Assembly (NCBI RefSeq): GCF_006345805.1
Contig: NC_043023.1
Coordinates: 15,066,001 to 15,130,000 of the forward strand
Reading direction: 5' to 3'
From: Octopus sinensis
Lineage: Eukaryota
DNA length: 64,000 nucleotides
The position numbers and the translations under genes were made by a program. Below, piece after piece: positions 56,279 to 64,000 of this stretch. The notes under the pieces were generated by a model. The model was not told where the DNA came from, ran no database searches, and was given only the letters and a program-made list of their open reading frames with translations. The first letter of the stretch is position 1. Each line of letters starts with the position of its first letter.

Positions 56279-59069
56279 GGTTAATATAGGGCGTAACAAA
56301 TATCAGAAAATCAAAAAAAAAATTCGCGCACGCGAAAGGGGGGTGGGGGAGAGGCCTCGGAAAATTCACATCGGGAAGTTCCGAAAGCGTCTGAGGGGCT
56401 GACCCGGGCACCAAAACAAAAAAAAAATAGTGTAATATGTGTAAAACAACTTGCTCTAAACGAATATGAAAAAAAAATGCGCTCTCGAGAAAGAGGGGTG
56501 GGGGAGAGGCCTCGGAATATTTATATCGGGAATTTCCGAAAGCGTCTGAACCGGGCACAAAAACAAAAACAAAAACAGCGTAATAGGTGTAAAACAACTT
56601 GCTCTAAACGACTATCATGAAAAAAATGCGCGCTCGCGAAAGGGGGGTGGGGGAGAGGCTTCGGAAATTTCACATCTTCAGTCCACGGCCTTTAAACTAA
56701 GAAAAAATAGTGTAATTGGTGTAAAACTACTTGTTCTAAACGAGTATCAAGAACACACACTCACACATGAATCATAAACTCCGTATTTCGCAAAAAAAAA
56801 AAATAAAGAGAAGAAATTCTGGAAAAAGTGAAGAAATGTTGGATCTCCGCCATGTGAATCAAAATACGTGTCAGAAACATCTTGAAATACTACAGAAATT
56901 ATGTTACGAAAATGATAATGTATACATACCTCTTTGAGTGGTCCATCGATAATGATGATAAAGAAATGAGTTGGATTTGAACTCAGAATATTGACTAACA
57001 CAACTACATACTACAAGACTCAAAATATTCAGCCAAGTCACCACCCTTTAACTAGCAATAATAATAACATCAATAACATAACAGCCAAAAGATTTATTTG
57101 TTCTGAAAATAACAATCATAGTAAATAAATATGTTCTTTAATATTCACATTCATGTGCACAGTTAAACACACTTACATACAAACAGTCACGCATGCATAA
57201 TACAGAACGGAACACATAAATGAAGGATGCATTACTTAGTATATATTACATCTAGAGAATTTTGATTAATAAGTCAAATATGCAAATTATAAAGATAATT
57301 AATTGCTTTACTAAACAGTGTTGTAAAGGTGAAAGAATAAATTTGGGAAAAAAATACACGCCAAAACTAATTAATAAAGGATAATTAGGGAAGGATTGAC
57401 ACAAAATAATAATTTTTTCTGTCTTTTTTTCTGATAAATGCATCTTAATAAGTGAGAAGAATTGCATATATCTGAACTATTTCAAAGAAAAGCATAAATT
57501 TAATGTTTAAAATAGCTTTAACCAAGGAATGAGATCCAACATTTCTTCACTTTTTCCAGAATTTCTTCTCTTTATTTTTTTTTTTTGCGAAATACGGAGT
57601 TTATGATTCATGTGTGAGTGTGTGTTCTTGATACTCGTTTAGAACAAGTAGTTTTACACCAATTACACTATTTTTTCTTAGTTTAAAGGCCGTGGACTGA
57701 AGATGTGAAATTTCCGAACCCTCTCCCCCACCCCTCTTTCGCGAGGGCGCATTTTTTTTTGTCATATTCGTTTAGAGCAAGTTGTTTTACACATATTACA
57801 CTATTTTTTTTTTGTTTTGGTGCCCGGGTCAGCTCCTCAGACGCTTTCGGAACTTCCCGATGTGAATTTTCCGAGGCCTCTCCCCCACCCCCCTTTCGCG
57901 TGCGCGAATTTTTTTTTTCATATTCGTTCATAGGAAGTTGTTTTACACCTATTACACACATTTTTTTTTTGATTTTCTGATATTTGTTACGCCCTATATT
58001 AACCTATTTTTATTTATAAAGTTTAAACAGAACATGGAATGAAATGTATTTATTTATAAACTTTATAAACCTAACAGCGTGGTGGTACGTAAATAAACGG
58101 CGTAAATTAACGAAGGTATAAAACCTGACGGAAATACACGAAGTTGACGACTTTCACTTCTGGCAACTAAAAGCATGGACAGTGCCGGTTACCATGGGCG
58201 ATGGAGAGGTAAAGAGGGGAAATTCGTGGTGGGTGAATATTACACTGTTGTTTGATGTGTTATAAAAACCTAATTTTGATAAATCTGCTCAGTCGGGAAT
58301 GACCAGGAACTGAACAACAGTGATCAATAACAAAATATATAGTGTCACGGTGGCACGTAAAAAGCACCATCCGAATCGTAGCCGAAGCCAGTGCCGCCTT
58401 GACTGGCTTCCATAAATTGCACCAATCCGACCGTGGCCGTTGCCAGCCTCGCCTGGCACCAGTGCAGGTGGCACGTAAAAAGCACCCACTACACTCACGG
58501 AGTGGTTGGCGTTAGGAAGGGCATCCAGCTGTAGAAACTTTGCCAGATAAGACCGGAGCCTGGTGCAGCCTCCTGGCTTCCCAGATCCCCGGTCGAACCA
58601 TCCAACCCATGCTAGCATGGAGAACGGACGTTAAACGATGATGATGATGATGATAATGATGATAGTAAAGACCAATTATTCAGGTAAAAGTTGATATCGA
58701 AAGTTTATCATTATGAAAATGTAGTAATATTTCCAATTGTTGAATCTCTACTTTTTAAATATTTTCTCTATCATTTCAGAACCTCTGACGCTCTGCCATA
58801 CACGAGTTTTTACTGCAGATACATCGTTAATATTGATTATGCTTTGAACACGAGAAGAAGATGCTATAAATAATGATTGTAACCCTGTTCGTATGATATA
58901 TCTATGGTGGATACCTGAGAAATATTTCTTCTAAATTCATAGCAGCATTTTGTTTTCTGCATTGCCTGGAATATTTACAAAAGTACTTAACATTCGACTT
59001 GAACTTTGAAAAATCTTCAGATATTGACAAAAGTCAGAATTGCTGTTGGAAATATTGCAGTAGAAGTAT

Positions 59070-61850
59070 TTGAGACAATATAGAAATATATACCACAGAA
59101 ACCAAGAACTATATCACTTGTGGTTGTATAAGAAATACAGGACAATGAGTTCTGTGAATCATGTAAAGGATGGCTTATTTTCTGATGAGATGACAATAGA
59201 AAGAAACAAACAATCATATGATTGTGATATCTGTAAAAAGTCTTTCTCTACTCAGAGGAATTTCATTAAACACAAACATATTTGTAAAGGAGAGAAGCCA
59301 TATCACTGTGATATCTGTGGAAAGTCATACTCTCACAAGAGTACCCTTACTTCTCATAAATATATTCACACAGGAGAGAAACGATATCGTTGTGATATCT
59401 GTAAAAAGTATTTCTCTACTCAGAGGAATTTCATTAAACACAAACATATTTGTAAAGCAGAGAAGCCATATCACTGTGATATCTGTGGAAAGTCATACTC
59501 TCACAAGAGTACCCTTACTTCTCATAAATATATTCACACAGGAGAGAAACGATATCGTTGTGATATCTGTGGAAAGTCTTTCTCTCAAAAGAGTACGCTT
59601 ACTTCTCACAAACTTATTCATACAGGAGAGAAACCATATCAGTGTGATATCTGTGGAGAGTCATTCTCTCGGAAAAGCACCCTTATTTATCACAAATATA
59701 TTCATACAGGAGAGAAACCATATCAGTGTGATATCTGTGGAGAGTCATTCCCTCGCAAAAGCACCCTTATTTATCACAAATACATTCACACAGGAGAGAA
59801 ACCATATCAATGTGATATATGTAGCAGAAATTTCTCTCGAAGAGGTAATCTTACTTCTCACAAACTTATTCATACAGGAGAGAAGCGATATCAATGTGAT
59901 ATCTGTAATAGATCTTTCTCTCTAAAAGGTAATCTTAATTCTCATAAATATATTCACACAGGAGAGAAACGATATCAGTGTGATATCTGTGGAATGTCAT
60001 TCTTTCACAAGAGTAACCTTACTTCTCATAAATATACTCACACAGGAGAGAAACGATATCGCTGTGATATTTGTGGCGAAACATTCTCACAATCTTCTAT
60101 CAAACATATTCATAAACTTATTCATACTGGGGAGAAGCCACACCGTTGTGATATCTGTGGTAAATCATTCTCCATACGAAATAGTTTAAAAACTCACAAA
60201 CGTATCCACACAGGAGAGAAGCCATATCACTGTGATATCTGTGATAAATCATTTTCTGTAGGAAGTAGTTTAAAAACTCACAAACTTATTCATACAGGTG
60301 AGAAGCCACATGGCTGTGATATCTGCGGTAAATCATTCTTTGTAAGAAGAAATTTAACTGTTCACAGACTTATTCACACAGGAGGAGAGAAGCCACAAAT
60401 GCGACATTTCTGTGACATATGTGGAAAATCATTCACAGGAGGCAATAAGTTAGCTGATCACAAACACAGTCATACAGGAGAGAAACCATACCAGTGTGGG
60501 GTCTGTGGGAAGTCATTCTCTTTCAAAAACTCCCTTGTGTCTCACAAATATGTTCATACGGGAGGAGGGAAATCATATCCCTGTGAGATCTGCGGTCAAT
60601 CATTCTCTGCAAAATATATGTTAGCCATACACAGACGCATTCACACAGGAGAGAGGCCACATTGCTGTGATATCTGTGGTAAATCTTTCTCTCATAAAAG
60701 TAACTTTAATAGACACAAATACATTCATACAGGAGAGAAACCATATCAGTGTGATATCTGTGGAGAGTCATTCCCTCGGAAAAGCACCCTTATTTATCAC
60801 AAATATATTCATACAGGAGAGAAACCATATCAGTGTGATATCTGTGGAGAGTCATTCCCTCGCAAAAGCACCCTTATTTATCACAAATACATTCACACAG
60901 GAGAGAAACCATATCAATGTGATATATGTAGCAGAAATTTCTCTCAAAAAGGTAATCTTACTGCTCACAAACTTATTCATACAGGAGAGAAGCGATATCA
61001 ATGTGATATCTGTAATAGATCTTTCTCTCAAAAAAGTAATCTTAATTCTCATAAATATATTCACACAGGAGAGAAGCGATATCAGTGTGATATCTGTGGA
61101 ATGTCATTCTTTCACAAGAGTAACCTTACTTCTCATAAATATACTCACACAGGAGAGAAACGATATCGCTGTGATATTTGTGGCGAAACATTCTCACAAT
61201 CTTATCAAAAACTTATTCATAAACTTATTCATACTGGGGAGAAGCCACACCGTTGTGATATCTGTGGTAAATCATTCTCCATACGAAATAGTTTAACAAC
61301 TCACAAACGTATTCACACAGGAGAGAAGCCATATCACTGTGATATCTGTGATAAATCATTTTCTGTAGGAAGTAGTTTAAAAACTCACAAACTTATTCAT
61401 ACAGGGGAGAAGCCACATGGCTGTGATATCTGTGGTAAATCATTCTCTGTAAGAAGAAATTTAACTGTTCACAGACTTATTCACACAGGAGGAGAGAAAC
61501 CACAAATGCGACATTTCTGTGACATATGTGGAAAATCATTCACAGGAAGCAATAAGTTAACTGATCACAAACACAGTCATACAGGAGGGAAACCATATCC
61601 CTGTGAGATCTGCGGTCAATCATTCTCTGCAAAATATATGTTAGCCATACACAGATGCATTCACACAGGAGAGAGGCCACATTGCTGTGATATCTGTGGT
61701 AAATCTTTCTCTCAGATCGGTAATTTGAATAGACACAAATATATTCATACAGGAGAGAAACCATATCAGTGTGATATCTGTGGTAAATCATTCTCTCAGA
61801 AGAGGTACTTAAATAAACACAAATGCATTCATACAGGGGATAAACCATAG
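59070..61850 (+). CDS. C2H2 zinc-finger array protein, 926-aa ORF, 31 fingers (2 C2HC); true start uncertain
   Basis: Uninterrupted ORF of tandem fingers with TGEKP linkers. Confidence 0.92.
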   Translation: MRQYRNIYHRNQELYHLWLYKKYRTMSSVNHVKDGLFSDEMTIERNKQSYDCDICKKSFSTQRNFIKHKHICKGEKPYHCDICGKSYSHKSTLTSHKYIHTGEKRYRCDICKKYFSTQRNFIKHKHICKAEKPYHCDICGKSYSHKSTLTSHKYIHTGEKRYRCDICGKSFSQKSTLTSHKLIHTGEKPYQCDICGESFSRKSTLIYHKYIHTGEKPYQCDICGESFPRKSTLIYHKYIHTGEKPYQCDICSRNFSRRGNLTSHKLIHTGEKRYQCDICNRSFSLKGNLNSHKYIHTGEKRYQCDICGMSFFHKSNLTSHKYTHTGEKRYRCDICGETFSQSSIKHIHKLIHTGEKPHRCDICGKSFSIRNSLKTHKRIHTGEKPYHCDICDKSFSVGSSLKTHKLIHTGEKPHGCDICGKSFFVRRNLTVHRLIHTGGEKPQMRHFCDICGKSFTGGNKLADHKHSHTGEKPYQCGVCGKSFSFKNSLVSHKYVHTGGGKSYPCEICGQSFSAKYMLAIHRRIHTGERPHCCDICGKSFSHKSNFNRHKYIHTGEKPYQCDICGESFPRKSTLIYHKYIHTGEKPYQCDICGESFPRKSTLIYHKYIHTGEKPYQCDICSRNFSQKGNLTAHKLIHTGEKRYQCDICNRSFSQKSNLNSHKYIHTGEKRYQCDICGMSFFHKSNLTSHKYTHTGEKRYRCDICGETFSQSYQKLIHKLIHTGEKPHRCDICGKSFSIRNSLTTHKRIHTGEKPYHCDICDKSFSVGSSLKTHKLIHTGEKPHGCDICGKSFSVRRNLTVHRLIHTGGEKPQMRHFCDICGKSFTGSNKLTDHKHSHTGGKPYPCEICGQSFSAKYMLAIHRCIHTGERPHCCDICGKSFSQIGNLNRHKYIHTGEKPYQCDICGKSFSQKRYLNKHKCIHTGDKP

Positions 61851-62250
61851 CACTGTAGTATCTGCAGTAAATCATTCCGTTTAAGAAAATATTTAATTAA
61901 TTACAAGTCTGCTCATACTGGAGAGAAACTATGTGACTGTGATGTCTGCAGCAAATCATTCTTTCCGGAATATGCTGTATATACTTATAAACGTATTCAT
62001 ACAGGAGAGAAACTCTATTGCTGTGATACCTGAGGTAAATCATTCTCTGTGGAACAATATTGAACTCATCACAAATACATTCATACAGGAGAGAAATCAT
62101 ATCACTGTGACATCTGGGACAAGTCATTCTTTCATAGAGAGAAATAATAAACTAAACACAAACATATTCATACAGGATAAGATTCTTATGACTGTGTAAT
62201 CTGTGCTAAATCATTCTTTCAATAATCTACCTTAACTAAACATATACTTA
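61851..62250 (+). pseudogene. About five decayed zinc-finger units downstream of the stop codon
   Basis: Residual tgtgat/catacaggagagaaa periodicity with stops and frameshifts. Confidence 0.75.
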
Positions 62251-64000
62251 TTCATATTGATCAATAACAATATCAATGATAAAACAGATGTCCTGCTGAA
62301 TAAAATACTGCAAATGTATTACTTTTTACAAAATAAATTCATTTTTCACATTTTCCTCATTTGCATCAACTCACTAATTACGATTTGTGTTTTTTATTCA
62401 AACAATATTGATTATATTAATTTGCTCTGTTTTCTTGAGGATATATTATTTTGACACAAATGTATTACACTCCAGTTCCCAGCCATGATCAGTTATCCTC
62501 TGCCGGACACACTCAGGGGTCCCAGGATCTGCACCCTTTGTGCTACTGCACCACATCTCCCAGTCCAAGCTGGTGGTTTATTGCTGTTTGTTACTGTGTT
62601 TGGGGGAGACTGCAATATGCTTTACACAAGCCTTACCCCTACCCTACTTATCCAAACATGTCCCTTTGTGTAACCCATGCAAAAATGATACAGCATGCTT
62701 ATTTTTTCCTAAATTCCCGAAATCTGATTTCATCAATTTTTGTGAATAAATTTAACAAGTTGAAACAAAAATAAAGTTATTTTACTCTTTAATTATTTGT
62801 CTGTAGTTTTATATGCAGAACATTCAGCCAAAAATTATAGTGATGACACAAACATTGACTGCCGACTGGCAAGCCAGGAGGTGGCACCAGGTTCCAATCC
62901 GTTCTGGCAAGGTTTCTACAGCTGGATGCCCTTCCTAACACCAACCACTCCGTGAGTGTAGTGCGTACTTTTTACATGCCACAGACATGGAAGCCAGTCA
63001 GATGGGATTGGCAATGACCACAATTGGATGGTGATTTTTACATGTCAGTGGCACAGGTGCCAGTCAGGCGGCACTGGTATTGGCCGCAATAACATTTTCA
63101 CTTGACTCAAGAGGACTTCTCAAGCACAGCATATTTCCTGATGATGGAAGGATACGTTTAAACGGGTCTGCTGGCATCGGCCACGGATATGATCTCACTT
63201 GGCTGATGGATGGAAGCACTCCGTTGGTTACGACAACGAGGGTTCCGGTTGATCCGATCAACGGAACAGCCTGCTCGTGAAATTAACGTGTAAGTGGCTG
63301 AGCACTCCACAGACACGTGTACCCTTAACGTAGTTCTCGGGGATATTCAGCGTGACACAGAGAGTGACAAGGCCGGCCCTTTGAAATACAGGTACAACAG
63401 AAACAGGAAGTAAGAGTGAGAGAAAGTTGTGGTGAAAGAGTACAGCAGGGATCACCACCATCCCCTGCCAGAGCCTCGTGGAGCTTTTAGGTGTTTTCGC
63501 TCAATAAACACTCAGAACGCCCAGTCTGGGAATCGAAACCGCGATCCTACGACTGCGAGTCCGCTGCCCTAACCACTGGGCCATTGCGCCTCCACACTTG
63601 GCTGATCCACTCATTTCTCCAAACTCCTCTGCAGTAAATGTTTCTTTGGAAGCTGTATAATTTATTGATTTATTTGATATACAAAATACTTGACATTAGA
63701 TACTAAGATGAGAGTTAAACGAATGGATTTTTGTTGTTTATACCTTCTCGAGCCATGCCTGGCTCATAAGGGCCAGTTTCTTGGCGTATAGGTTCCCCAC
63801 CTGGATTGGACGCCGGTCCGTCGCAGGTGAGCTGCAAGATGCAGGAGGAAAGAGTCAGCAGAAGTTCGCCATTACCTTCTGCCGGAGCCGCGTGGGGCTT
63901 AGGTATTTCGCTCATAAACACACACATCATCCGGTCTGAGATTCAAACCCGTGATCCCTTGACCACGAGTCCACTGCTCTAACCACTAGGCCATATGCCC

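Larger units (their letters stand above)
49788..63074. repeat. Large inverted duplication: arms about 49788-56847 and 57531-63074, 683-bp spacer
   Basis: Reverse-complement matches of the ZNF 3' flanks, 5' flanks, embedded RTE 3' fragments and the GC-rich ~90-bp repeat arrays. Confidence 0.9.

Noticed and set aside
57805-57840. CUGAGGA-GC...GC on the minus strand in the 90-bp repeats
   Set aside because: Followed by ACCAAAAC rather than GAAA; no cleavage triplet.

Overview
Eukaryotic, repeat-rich genomic DNA, most likely from an octopus or another coleoid cephalopod. That assignment is inferred from the SINE/RTE repeat landscape and the KRAB-less C2H2 zinc-finger arrays. Bases 1-41 kb hold 14 coding exons of CPSF3/CPSF73 (+ strand, from the HLDH motif to the stop at 40897); its first exons lie upstream of the window. 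Bases 49.8-63.1 kb hold a large inverted duplication carrying two divergently oriented C2H2 zinc-finger genes (568 aa and 926 aa ORFs). The introns are packed with RTE and CR1 LINE pieces, at least five tRNA-headed SINE families, and piggyBac-, Tc1/pogo-, MULE- and Helitron-like non-autonomous elements. Two observations stand out. (1) Several hammerhead-ribozyme (HHR) motifs, led by a 536-bp tandem repeat (19576-20825) with a complete type I hammerhead in each full unit, which looks like a retrozyme or Penelope-derived circular-RNA element. (2) A young RTE LINE whose 5' part is folded back into a 1.27-kb near-perfect inverted repeat inside a CPSF3 intron. Coordinates were counted by hand; repeat boundaries are approximate and all family names need database confirmation.
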